DNA of 64,000 bases, taken from the IMG/VR virus record IMGVR_UViG_3300021505_000001, positions 91,703 to 155,702 of that record; one strand, written 5' to 3'. Below are positions 48,370 to 57,794 of this stretch, piece after piece. Within the stretch, counting starts at the first letter, position 1. The number at the start of each line of letters is the position of its first letter. Made by a program: the position numbers and the translations under genes. The notes under the pieces were generated by a model. It was not told the origin of the DNA. It searched no databases and saw nothing but the letters and a program-made list of their open reading frames with translations. The stretch comes from a virus.

Positions 48370-48753
48370 AACAAACGTCCCCTCCTTATTAATCCTAAAA
48401 ATTTTTTTATTTTATCTCTATAAATATACATACAAAAAATGGAATAACAATAATTTTCTAAATATATAAAACATTCTGTATAGATATCTAAGAAAAGTTC
48501 CTATATTTTCTATGATTTATAATAACATACTTATCAAAAACCCACCAAAGTAAGGTATAGATAAATGGAAAAACATTATACATAACTACTTCTGTCTAAT
48601 CTTTATATAAAGGTTGAATCTTAATGGCATTATAAAATAATTTATGATGTAGATTAAGTAATAAAAATTTGTGAGTTGAGACAGAAGTTAGAAAAATTAT
48701 TTATTTTCAATTATTGTATTTAAAAACTTCGTCTCTCACATAAGAGGATTAAT

Positions 48754-49116
48754 ATGCCATTACACATTCCTATAAAAATATCAGATTCTACCTTTATAAT
48801 CGAAAGTAAATTAATTATATTTATAATAAATGGCACTCTGACAGCTATTATAGGGGGAATAGTTAGAAATTTAACGGATTATTCTGATACTATAAGAGAT
48901 TTAATCATTGAGGGGATAGTTGCAGGATTCCTTGGATTTATAGCTTCTTTATTTTGCTATGAACACCAATTTACTTTCTCTCATGTACTTATAACTTGCA
49001 GTATTTGTGGGTTTCTAACAAGAAATATTTTAAAAAATTTAAATGAAGTTGAACTATTAATAACAAAGTGGAAAGAATTCACTGATTTTATAAAAAATAA
49101 TCCTGATGATAAATAG
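48754..49116 (+). CDS. Putative holin (LydA-like, about 3 TM)
   Basis: Hydrophobic segments with AIIGGIVR, GIVAGFLGFIA, SICGFL and a charged C-terminus, the pattern of LydA-type phage holins. AGAGGA SD. Confidence 0.6.
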   Translation: MPLHIPIKISDSTFIIESKLIIFIINGTLTAIIGGIVRNLTDYSDTIRDLIIEGIVAGFLGFIASLFCYEHQFTFSHVLITCSICGFLTRNILKNLNEVELLITKWKEFTDFIKNNPDDK

Positions 49117-49127
49117 AGGTATTTAAA

Positions 49128-49721
49128 ATGAATAAAAAACTTCAAGGTTTTTTAATATTTTTGTCTGTTGCTATAATCTTATTTGGTATATTTACTCCTT
49201 CATTGTTATTAATAGTATTTGTAGGGTATCTTCTATTTTATGAAGGTATTTGCCTGATAAGTGGATTTTTTGAATGGATGGAATCTAAAAAAGAAAGGTA
49301 TTATGAAGTTACTGGAACTGTAAAAAACTTGATAGGAACACATCTAAGGGCATCTCTATTTATAATATTTCCTTTAGCTTCTATTACTTTAATTATTACA
49401 GACATCCAAAACTATCATACATGGAAAGCAATTTTATATCCATATACAGATTTTCTAACAATTTTAAATCATACAAGTAATAGTGCTGAATTAAACATAG
49501 GTAGATTCCTTTTTGAAACAACTACAAGAGCATTTCTTATATTCAATTCTCTTCAGATTATACATACTTCTATAGTTTTAGAAAGAATAATTGGTGTAAG
49601 ATTTACCAAAAAATATCCTCCTCTTACAAATATAATCTACAAAATAGTTAAATGGGCTAAAGAATGTGATGAAACTAAAATTATAGATACTGCTGAAATA
49701 ATTTCCTTCTTAGAGAAATAG
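49128..49721 (+). CDS. Multi-pass membrane protein
   Basis: 197 aa with 3-4 hydrophobic segments; GAGGT SD. Confidence 0.7.
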   Translation: MNKKLQGFLIFLSVAIILFGIFTPSLLLIVFVGYLLFYEGICLISGFFEWMESKKERYYEVTGTVKNLIGTHLRASLFIIFPLASITLIITDIQNYHTWKAILYPYTDFLTILNHTSNSAELNIGRFLFETTTRAFLIFNSLQIIHTSIVLERIIGVRFTKKYPPLTNIIYKIVKWAKECDETKIIDTAEIISFLEK

Positions 49722-49723
49722 TT

Positions 49724-50275
49724 ATGACAAATGAAAAATGTCCAACAATAAGAATCATAGATAATAATGTTACTATTTTAGAGATATTACAAGATGTTTG
49801 TTCTTCTACATGGAAAAATGCAAACATAAAAACATATCTTGGTAATAATAATCTAAAACTATTGGAACTCTGTAACTCTTCACTTTTGATATTAGATCAA
49901 ATACTAGATAATACAACAGGTATTGAAATTATCAAAGAAATGGCAAATAGTTATAAAGATAAAGAATTACCTGCTGTTATTCTTATGACAGGGATTCCTA
50001 AAAATGAAATACTCAGTATAATTAAAGAAAGTAATATCATGGATAGGGTAAAAAACTTAATAATTCTATTTAAACCATTTCATATAGTAACTTTACATGA
50101 AGTAGCCTGTAATATGTGTATTGAGTTATGTAACGAAAAACTATTTTCTGTTGATTGTGATTGTCATAATAACAACTTTCAAGAGAAGTCAAAATCTATA
50201 GTACAAAAGTTATTCAACGTTATCAAAAATAAACAAAGAAAACCTACTCATAAACAAATAATAAATGAAAATTAA
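49724..50275 (+). CDS. Single-domain response-regulator receiver (CheY-like) with Cys-rich tail
   Basis: IRIIDN, LLILDQILDNTTGIEII (phosphoacceptor Asp), VILMTG, LFKPF; then CNMCIELC...CDCH. Confidence 0.8.
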   Translation: MTNEKCPTIRIIDNNVTILEILQDVCSSTWKNANIKTYLGNNNLKLLELCNSSLLILDQILDNTTGIEIIKEMANSYKDKELPAVILMTGIPKNEILSIIKESNIMDRVKNLIILFKPFHIVTLHEVACNMCIELCNEKLFSVDCDCHNNNFQEKSKSIVQKLFNVIKNKQRKPTHKQIINEN

Positions 50276-50279
50276 AACT

Positions 50280-51677
50280 TTATGTCATTGAACATTGTTT
50301 TGCCATATTAACTACAAATTGTTTCTCAAATTGAGTTTTAATCCCAATATTATCTAAGAAATTATTAAACCAACGTTTTGTCTGGTTCATACCTCTTTCA
50401 GTAAGAGGAGTAAGTATATCTTCCTTAAATCCTGTTTTGTTCCTTAAACGAATTGTAGAAAATTCTGGCATTTCATAATCTGGAACATTCTGATTTTCCA
50501 TTCGTTTTGTATATGCCCTAGTATCAGCACCTATTTTTGAAGCAAAAATTAGTTGATTTGAAATATAAGCTTCGTTGGCTACAGGACCCGGATATCGTAT
50601 TTCCAATCTTCCACCTGATCCAAACCTAAAATCATGTCTTTCAGAATCATAACTTTTCCGCATACCAAGATAACTTGATGATTCCCACCTAGGATTAGTT
50701 TTCGTTAAAGCATTAAATATACTACCTACATGATTAAGATATGTTGATATAACTTCTTGTTTATGTGTATCAGAATTAGGAACAGTAGTGGATATATGCA
50801 TCCCAGCAAATTTATCCATTACAACATCACGTCTATCTAAAATACCTGTTTGCTTCCAAGCATTTGTCATAAGATGAGACATCATAATCATATTTGATAA
50901 TGGAGCTGAACCTATAACAATTTCTCTGGCTGTTCTATTTCCTATAGAAGAAAAAGACCCATCATTATAAGCTGTAAAAGATGTTGAAGTAGAATGACCA
51001 GAAGAAAAATCATATGTCATTAAAGGTGAAACTTCTATTCCTGTTGTTTCTTTAATTGGGTCTATTACAATTTTATTTAATAGTTTTTGTTCAGGTGTTC
51101 CACTGGGTATTTTCCATCTACCCTCATATTCTAATGAAAAATAATTTGGATGCAAAGCAAAATTTGGAACAAATATACCTTTCTTACTATTTAATGGAAC
51201 AATCTTTCCATATTTAAGTAATTCCTTAACATGTGTTTTATTTACAGGATTTTTAGAAATATTACTAATAACAAAGTTATCTAAATCAATTCCATTTTTA
51301 AAATTAGATTTATTAATCTCTTGTAATGTCTTTTTGAAATCTAAACTGCGTTGTGAATACTGCTGATTTTCTGAATGCAATCTTTTCTTTTTTTTAAGCT
51401 TATAATTCATTACATCTATAGTTGCTAACTTAACATTTCCATCATCTTCAATATCCCATATATATGGAATTGAAGAAGCCTCTATAGGTAATTTAAATTT
51501 ATTTCCTTTTCCTCCATTAAATAAACGTATCTGTCTATCTATTTTAAGTTTATCTAAATCTATACTTTCTCCTATTGTTTTATAGACTTCAGGAGATAAA
51601 TGTAAATCAGCAGTATTTGTTAATTTTTGTAAATATTTAGAAGTTTTTTGTGCTAAATCATTGTAATCAATTGTCAT
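50280..51677 (-). CDS. Putative amidoligase (COOH-NH2 ligase, glutamine-synthetase-fold family)
   Basis: FSLEYE, YDFS, REIV, AGMHIS and RLEIR motifs in the family order. Confidence 0.6.
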   Translation of the reverse strand: MTIDYNDLAQKTSKYLQKLTNTADLHLSPEVYKTIGESIDLDKLKIDRQIRLFNGGKGNKFKLPIEASSIPYIWDIEDDGNVKLATIDVMNYKLKKKKRLHSENQQYSQRSLDFKKTLQEINKSNFKNGIDLDNFVISNISKNPVNKTHVKELLKYGKIVPLNSKKGIFVPNFALHPNYFSLEYEGRWKIPSGTPEQKLLNKIVIDPIKETTGIEVSPLMTYDFSSGHSTSTSFTAYNDGSFSSIGNRTAREIVIGSAPLSNMIMMSHLMTNAWKQTGILDRRDVVMDKFAGMHISTTVPNSDTHKQEVISTYLNHVGSIFNALTKTNPRWESSSYLGMRKSYDSERHDFRFGSGGRLEIRYPGPVANEAYISNQLIFASKIGADTRAYTKRMENQNVPDYEMPEFSTIRLRNKTGFKEDILTPLTERGMNQTKRWFNNFLDNIGIKTQFEKQFVVNMAKQCSMT

Positions 51678-51731
51678 CTTTTTTCCTCCAGCATGGATAA
51701 CACAGCTTTATATATGTGACGCTGACCAATA

Positions 51732-52241
51732 TTATCTCTTTAATTTCATTCCAGGTTTTATTCTAAATACATTATATGCATTTGTATAAGTTACTATTTT
51801 TTCATAAGTTTCTGAAGGATTTGCTACATGACTATTTGCTAAAAAAGAAATCATCTTATGAGAATCAGGCATTTCAACATAGAAAAAACTAACATCTGAT
51901 ACCAAAGAAGCTTCATTTATAAGATAAAGGAAACTCAAATCATTTAAATTGTGTTTTGATGGTTTTGAATCATTAATTATAGACTTTTCAAGATAATAAC
52001 GACATAAACCATAATCAGGGTTGTCCATTATGGAATAGTAAAGCCATGTAGTAGGACTATTATAATCCTTTGACAATGGATAGTAATCCTTCCATATTTC
52101 AGCAATTATATTATAAGGATGTTTATAGGTTGACATAACTTCACGTTTAATCCCATGCACCCTACAATATAATATATAGGAGCTATACTGTCTGGGAAGG
52201 ATAGATTTTATAAATGTTTCAGTATCTTTTAATCGCATCAA
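51732..52241 (-). CDS. Hypothetical protein
   Basis: 169-aa ORF within the amidoligase operon. Confidence 0.65.
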   Translation of the reverse strand: MMRLKDTETFIKSILPRQYSSYILYCRVHGIKREVMSTYKHPYNIIAEIWKDYYPLSKDYNSPTTWLYYSIMDNPDYGLCRYYLEKSIINDSKPSKHNLNDLSFLYLINEASLVSDVSFFYVEMPDSHKMISFLANSHVANPSETYEKIVTYTNAYNVFRIKPGMKLKR

Positions 52242-52652
52242 TTAAAACCTCATAAAGATGTTCATATTGTCTTTTATATGCTTTTTTACTTCATCAAATG
52301 AATATAATTTTATATCGGATCGTTTATGTTTATCTTTAAGATAGTATTCAATTACTTCTTTTATGTCTTTCCAATTACGCTTATTAAAATCAAAAACATA
52401 TGGGAATATTGAAGTAATTAAATTTCTTGTTTGAGATTTGTCAAGAAAAGTATTTTTTACCAAAGTTTTAATATTGGCTTTATCTACATACTTATAATAT
52501 CTTTGAAGATACCCAGCTACAAACATATCAAATCCTGTATAAATATTTACAGGACTTGCTAAATAAAATATTTCAAAAATTTTTATAGGATTATTATCCC
52601 ATATAGAATCCTCTACAGCAATTAAACCTGATTCATCGATTAAAACTTTCAT
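52242..52652 (-). CDS. Hypothetical protein (start revised to ATG 52652)
   Basis: AGAGGA SD before MKVLIDESG; avoids overlap with the upstream gene. Confidence 0.65.
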   Translation of the reverse strand: MKVLIDESGLIAVEDSIWDNNPIKIFEIFYLASPVNIYTGFDMFVAGYLQRYYKYVDKANIKTLVKNTFLDKSQTRNLITSIFPYVFDFNKRNWKDIKEVIEYYLKDKHKRSDIKLYSFDEVKKHIKDNMNIFMRF

Positions 52653-52707
52653 TACTTTTCCTCTATTATGAAACCCCTTGCTTTTTAAACATGGGTTTAA
52701 GGTGTTA

Positions 52708-55641
52708 TTATCCTCTACAGTGGGTACTATACATTTCCCACCAGAATTTTTGTCCAACTGGATTGTTTATTCCCATAACTTCTTTTAATAGTTTTTTAAA
52801 TGAAGTACTATTATCCCATCCTTCAGTAGGAGGAATAAGTTTATCAGTTTTTGCAAAATTTCCTCGTTGTAACCCACCTTGGTATATATCAGATGCTAAT
52901 TTGGTTGTAAAAGCTAAATGAGCTAAACTAAAATCACCTCCAGGTCTAAAAATAGCTGTACGATTTTCAATAATTCCATGAGCAGTTAATTTATGTACAG
53001 CTACAGTACGATATTTTGCTAAACGATTTTCATTTGAAGAGGCATGGAAAGCGTTAATTTGTCCATAGTGTTCCCCATGTTTTCTTAACCATTCATATTC
53101 AGTTAACCCATTCCTAGCCATTCTAACGTTGGAAACATCTTGTGCCCAAAATTGACGACCTCCATATTCAGCTACATTTCTTGCTGCCTCCGGTGTTAAC
53201 CGTCCAATATTTGCAAAAGTATCTCCTGATGGCATTACACCATTATCATAAGGCCATCCACTTATAGCTCTATAACGATAACGATTATCAGGACTTGTGG
53301 CTTTTTTGTAAAAATCTTCTGTAAGACGTAAATAATCAGCCATAAAACGTATGGAATCTTTTCTAAGACCTGGAGGAATACTTCCTACATTAACATGTAT
53401 TCCAACTGGATCATTTCTACTATAACTATGGTGTTGTATTTCCTGTGCCCCAAAATCCTTTAACGCCTCAGCAAACATATAAGTGGCTTTAAATCCTCTG
53501 ATTCCTGACATAGTTGGAGATACATATTCGGTTCCACCACCAGGAATAGAAGGTTCTGATGTAGTGTTCCAATCTCCAACAAAACCCAAATTATTAAGTT
53601 TATATCCAAAACGGTTTTCAACATGATTTAAAATATCTCTTATTCCTGTAAATATATTTGTCTCCCATTCCATTCCCATTGTAAAATCAGGGGAAGCAAA
53701 TGATGGAACAAATATAGCATCACTTCCTTTTATAGGAATAATATATCCATTTCCTAAAGCATCACGGTAAGGTATATCTGTATTCAATAAATTCCATTCT
53801 TCTGTATCCCAATTTATATTTGGAGTAGATGCATTTCGAACATCTATATCCTGATTATTATTACGCATTAATTGGGAATGGAATGCCTGAGTACCTATAG
53901 CATCTGTTAACCATATTTGTTTACCATCTTCAGTTTTACCAACTAAAGCTCCACCAAGAGACAAAGCTTTTTTTCTTAAATTAGAAAGCTCATTTGGATT
54001 ATCAACAATAACTTTATCAAAAGCATCAGTAGGTAAAGAATTTTTACCTACTTGTTCATAGAACTTTTCTGAAGAATCATTAATATCAAATTGTTTCCTA
54101 AGATTATTTAATTTCTTTAAGGCTTTAATGGTTCTTTCAGTAGTTGCTACATTTGGAATACCTTCCTTTTCAATACCACCTATTGGAAATCTTTCTTCTA
54201 AACGTTTAAATTCTTCTGGAGAAATAATTTCAGGACGAAAATCCAATCTTCCTCGTGAAGTTGTTTTTATTTTTCTACTTGCTTTCTCATAATTATCAAA
54301 TTCATCATTTGTAAATAAAGAATTTTCACTATCAAATAAAGAAAGAAGATTTTCTTCTGTAAGTGATTGTTCTGGTTGTTGTTCTTCACGTCTTTCAGGT
54401 TGTCGTTCTTCACGTCTTTCAGGTTGTCTCTCTGGTTGTCTTTCAGGTTCCTCACGTATAGGAGTTTCTTCACGTCTTTCAGGTTGTCTTTCAGGTTCCT
54501 CACGTGTAGGTGATTGTTCTGGTTGTCGTTCTTCACGTCTTTCAGGTTCCTCACGTGTAGGAGTTTCTTCACGTCTTTGTTGTGCTTCCTCAGTAGTAAT
54601 TTCTCCTTCATCATCAAAGGTAAGTGTTTCACTTCTAAAACTATTAAGTAAATCCCCAATTGAAATACCACTTTGAGAACTTTCTTCGTTTAAATTGGTA
54701 GAATCTTCATGTGATGCTTCAGAATATCTTTGTTGAGATTCATAATTAGCAAGTCCAATATAAGGATTAGAATGATCAATTGTATTAAGAAATTGTTGTA
54801 TATTAAGATTGCCACTTTCATCTTTACTATTATCAAGTGCCTCAAAAGTTCTACGGCGTAACGATGGACCATCTAATGGAAAACCATTATTAGTACCTCC
54901 CCGTGCAAAAACTGTTTCTAATCTACTATCAAACGAACGGGCACTTAAACTAACATTATTATGAAAATAAGTATTAAAGTCAACTGGAGGAGTACCTTGT
55001 TCATCTCCATAGGCTATTTTATAAAATGGATTATAACAACCTGATAAACCAAATCTATTTGCTATATCCCTAAAATATTCACCACCATTATTTTCATTTT
55101 CTGTATAGGCTGAACCCATAGGAAGGTCAAATTCTCTGGAACCTACATATTGTAGAACATCCATAATCTTTATATCATCTGCATCGACTTCATCATTAAA
55201 AGCCATTAAAGCATTAGCAGATATAGAAGGTGAACTATAAACACCACCATATACTAAAGGCACACCAGTAGTATTTAAATTATTACTATGATATTTATTA
55301 ATAACTGTATTGTAATAATGAGCAGCAGCTAAATGTCGAGTTCTAGCAGCTAAATCTCTATCAGAATTGGGTTCCGCATCTAAATGTGTAACAATCATTG
55401 CTTCATTACTACGTACACGAGTCAATTCTGTAGGAACCGTAGATAAAGCTGATGCTGTTGTTGGAAATTCTCCACCATCCCTATCCCTGAATCTAGTAAC
55501 CAGAAAACGCTGTCCTCCTAAAGTATTATGAACAAATGTCTCTACTCGTCGTCCACGTATAAGATTAGTATTATCCAGATGTTCATTAATACTATTAGTA
55601 TCTAATAAATCAACTTCACTGAGACTCCTAAATAAACGCAT
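52708..55641 (-). CDS. Large protein with C-terminal putative amidoligase domain and E/R/P/Q repeat linker
   Basis: FTMGMEWET, GTEYVSP, VGIHVNVG, KYRTV, IIENR; TAAAACATT at 55679-55687. Confidence 0.7.
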   Translation of the reverse strand: MRLFRSLSEVDLLDTNSINEHLDNTNLIRGRRVETFVHNTLGGQRFLVTRFRDRDGGEFPTTASALSTVPTELTRVRSNEAMIVTHLDAEPNSDRDLAARTRHLAAAHYYNTVINKYHSNNLNTTGVPLVYGGVYSSPSISANALMAFNDEVDADDIKIMDVLQYVGSREFDLPMGSAYTENENNGGEYFRDIANRFGLSGCYNPFYKIAYGDEQGTPPVDFNTYFHNNVSLSARSFDSRLETVFARGGTNNGFPLDGPSLRRRTFEALDNSKDESGNLNIQQFLNTIDHSNPYIGLANYESQQRYSEASHEDSTNLNEESSQSGISIGDLLNSFRSETLTFDDEGEITTEEAQQRREETPTREEPERREERQPEQSPTREEPERQPERREETPIREEPERQPERQPERREERQPERREEQQPEQSLTEENLLSLFDSENSLFTNDEFDNYEKASRKIKTTSRGRLDFRPEIISPEEFKRLEERFPIGGIEKEGIPNVATTERTIKALKKLNNLRKQFDINDSSEKFYEQVGKNSLPTDAFDKVIVDNPNELSNLRKKALSLGGALVGKTEDGKQIWLTDAIGTQAFHSQLMRNNNQDIDVRNASTPNINWDTEEWNLLNTDIPYRDALGNGYIIPIKGSDAIFVPSFASPDFTMGMEWETNIFTGIRDILNHVENRFGYKLNNLGFVGDWNTTSEPSIPGGGTEYVSPTMSGIRGFKATYMFAEALKDFGAQEIQHHSYSRNDPVGIHVNVGSIPPGLRKDSIRFMADYLRLTEDFYKKATSPDNRYRYRAISGWPYDNGVMPSGDTFANIGRLTPEAARNVAEYGGRQFWAQDVSNVRMARNGLTEYEWLRKHGEHYGQINAFHASSNENRLAKYRTVAVHKLTAHGIIENRTAIFRPGGDFSLAHLAFTTKLASDIYQGGLQRGNFAKTDKLIPPTEGWDNSTSFKKLLKEVMGINNPVGQKFWWEMYSTHCRG
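54363..54580. repeat. Imperfect tandem coding repeat (REEPERQPER / ERREE)
   Basis: Recurrent cacgtctttcaggtt and cttcacgtct units. Confidence 0.9.
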
Positions 55642-55914
55642 ATTTGAACCTCTTTATTAGTATAAAATATTATTTTTTAATGTTTTATATAAGAAAGATA
55701 TTTTTGGAAAGAAAATAGTAGAAAGAATTGAAAATAGAAGGGTTTTTATAAAAGACAAGAATCTATTCAATATTATTTAAATGTCGTTTTGAAACTATAA
55801 AAGTATCAATTCCTTGGGTTTTCCCAAATTCACAAATACTTAAACATTTTTAGATTGCTATTAATAAGAGATATTGTAAATGTCTGAATAGTTGTATCAA
55901 AGAAGCCTGACATG

Positions 55915-56772
55915 CTATACTCCAAAAATACGCCTTTTAGCTAATTGAAAATAATTCTCATTCATCTCTATTCCAATAAACTTACGTCCCAATAAACGAG
56001 CCATTTTTCCAGTAGTGCCACTACCCATAAGAGGGTCAAGTACTGTATCACCTTTGTTAGACCATGAAATAATATGGTCTTTAGCTAATTGCTCTGGAAA
56101 GATAGCAGGGTGTTGAAAAGCTATTTCATCTTTTGTAGAATATCCCTTACCATTATTTATTTTCCAAACATTAAAACGTATACCAACATCTTGAATTTGT
56201 ACTTTACCTTTCTTTTTTAACTTACCATCTTTTGTACGATTGGATATTCTACCAAAAGATGTAGTACCTCCCCATCTATTTTTTCTATCTTTGATAAGGT
56301 TAATAGTCTTTGGAGCTCCTTTGCTAAATACAAACATATATTCAAACACTTGATAATATCTATTAGAAGAAGGAAAAGAAGAACCTGATTTTAAATAAAT
56401 CATTGTATCATGTATTCTAAAACCTATTTCTTTAAAATATAAAGCTTGACGAAAACTAGTCCCTGTTTCACTTCCATTGACTGTTCCATCACCAACAACC
56501 CATACTACAACTCCTCCTTTTTTTGTTACTTTATACAAACCATTAGCTATCTTGGTAAATACATCCCAATTCCAAATAGACTTATTTTCATAAGTCCTCA
56601 AATTATCATAAGGTGGAGATGTTATTGTTAAATCTACAGAATTTTCTTTAACAGTTCCATCATTTAAAAGAATAGAGCTATTTCCTAATAATAATTTAAA
56701 ATTTGCTTCAAGTAAAACAGTATCTACTGATTTACTCAATGAAGTCCCCTTTTCAAAAAAAACATCTGCCAT
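55915..56772 (-). CDS. DNA amino-methyltransferase (N4-C/N6-A, beta class)
   Basis: TSPPY motif IV precedes HPAIFP and LDPLMGSGTT motif I. Confidence 0.9.
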   Translation of the reverse strand: MADVFFEKGTSLSKSVDTVLLEANFKLLLGNSSILLNDGTVKENSVDLTITSPPYDNLRTYENKSIWNWDVFTKIANGLYKVTKKGGVVVWVVGDGTVNGSETGTSFRQALYFKEIGFRIHDTMIYLKSGSSFPSSNRYYQVFEYMFVFSKGAPKTINLIKDRKNRWGGTTSFGRISNRTKDGKLKKKGKVQIQDVGIRFNVWKINNGKGYSTKDEIAFQHPAIFPEQLAKDHIISWSNKGDTVLDPLMGSGTTGKMARLLGRKFIGIEMNENYFQLAKRRIFGV

Positions 56773-56781
56773 ATTAAAACC

Positions 56782-57360
56782 TCAAATCATTAAAAGTAAT
56801 CTTACATTTGTGTTTTTTGAATACTTTTCAAGAAATTCCTTCTTAAGAAGATTAACTTCATCCTCAAAGGTATCAAAATAGGTATCTATCATTTCTATAT
56901 CCGTAGTTAGAATCTTCTTCTGTGGACTATTATTAAAATAATCACGCAAAATAAAAGGTTTACTAATACAATTTATAACAACAAACCTACGGATTTTAAA
57001 CATATGATTCGTTTCTAAAAATTCTTTACTTACAATAGTTTCTTTTACATTTTTATTATCATCTGTCCATAAAATTTTTTCTTCAACAAATTCATCCTTA
57101 TCATTAACTTTTATTAAAGAAATATAAGGTGAATAAACATTTTCTAAGTTATTTGCTTTCTTGACAATCTCTAAATCAATAACATAATCTTTAACAATAG
57201 CATGATAAGACTTTGGAAAGTCCAAATTTTTATCCTGTGCAATATCAAAAGCATCTTCCCATCCATTACAAAAGATATATTTAAATAAGGACTTCCAAGA
57301 AACAAATTCCCTCTCTTGCATATTTATTACTTCAACTAATTGTATATATTTTATCTTCAT
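56782..57360 (-). CDS. Hypothetical protein
   Basis: 192-aa ORF with GAGGT SD. Confidence 0.65.
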   Translation of the reverse strand: MKIKYIQLVEVINMQEREFVSWKSLFKYIFCNGWEDAFDIAQDKNLDFPKSYHAIVKDYVIDLEIVKKANNLENVYSPYISLIKVNDKDEFVEEKILWTDDNKNVKETIVSKEFLETNHMFKIRRFVVINCISKPFILRDYFNNSPQKKILTTDIEMIDTYFDTFEDEVNLLKKEFLEKYSKNTNVRLLLMI

Positions 57361-57387
57361 AATTTATAACCTCTTACTTAATAAACT

Positions 57388-57789
57388 TCAGGTTTCATAC
57401 TCATCACTTTTATAAAATGAGTCAACAAAATCTTCAAACAATGGTTTCCACTCTTTTGAAACATTATCAAAATACAGAATTTCACCAAGATATATATAAT
57501 AAAATTCTGAAAACTCATCTGCAAGGTTAAGTATTCTCTCTTTAATAGTATCCAAATCTTTTTCTGGAATAACACGTGAAATTTTAACCATATCCCATCT
57601 CAAGAAATTTTTTGATATATGAAATTCTTCCATAAATAAAGTATTTAAGGTAACAGATTTTATAATTGTTGGAGATTGGAAAAAAGAATCTACTCCAATA
57701 ACAAGAAATAAAATATAATCCCCATTTTTATTATACATTCTATAAATTCTGCCCTCTTTTAAATCTAATTTGTTTTTAAATTTTTCCAT
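57388..57789 (-). CDS. Hypothetical protein
   Basis: 133-aa ORF in the operon. Confidence 0.65.
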   Translation of the reverse strand: MEKFKNKLDLKEGRIYRMYNKNGDYILFLVIGVDSFFQSPTIIKSVTLNTLFMEEFHISKNFLRWDMVKISRVIPEKDLDTIKERILNLADEFSEFYYIYLGEILYFDNVSKEWKPLFEDFVDSFYKSDEYET

Positions 57790-57794
57790 AGTAA

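Noticed and set aside
54267-54872. ORF-track entries 54267-54671 and 54690-54872
   Set aside because: Alternate-frame by-products inside the 977-aa gene, largely due to the stop-poor repeat.
55915-56772. Restriction-modification system
   Set aside because: No recognisable cognate endonuclease is adjacent; treated as an orphan phage methyltransferase.
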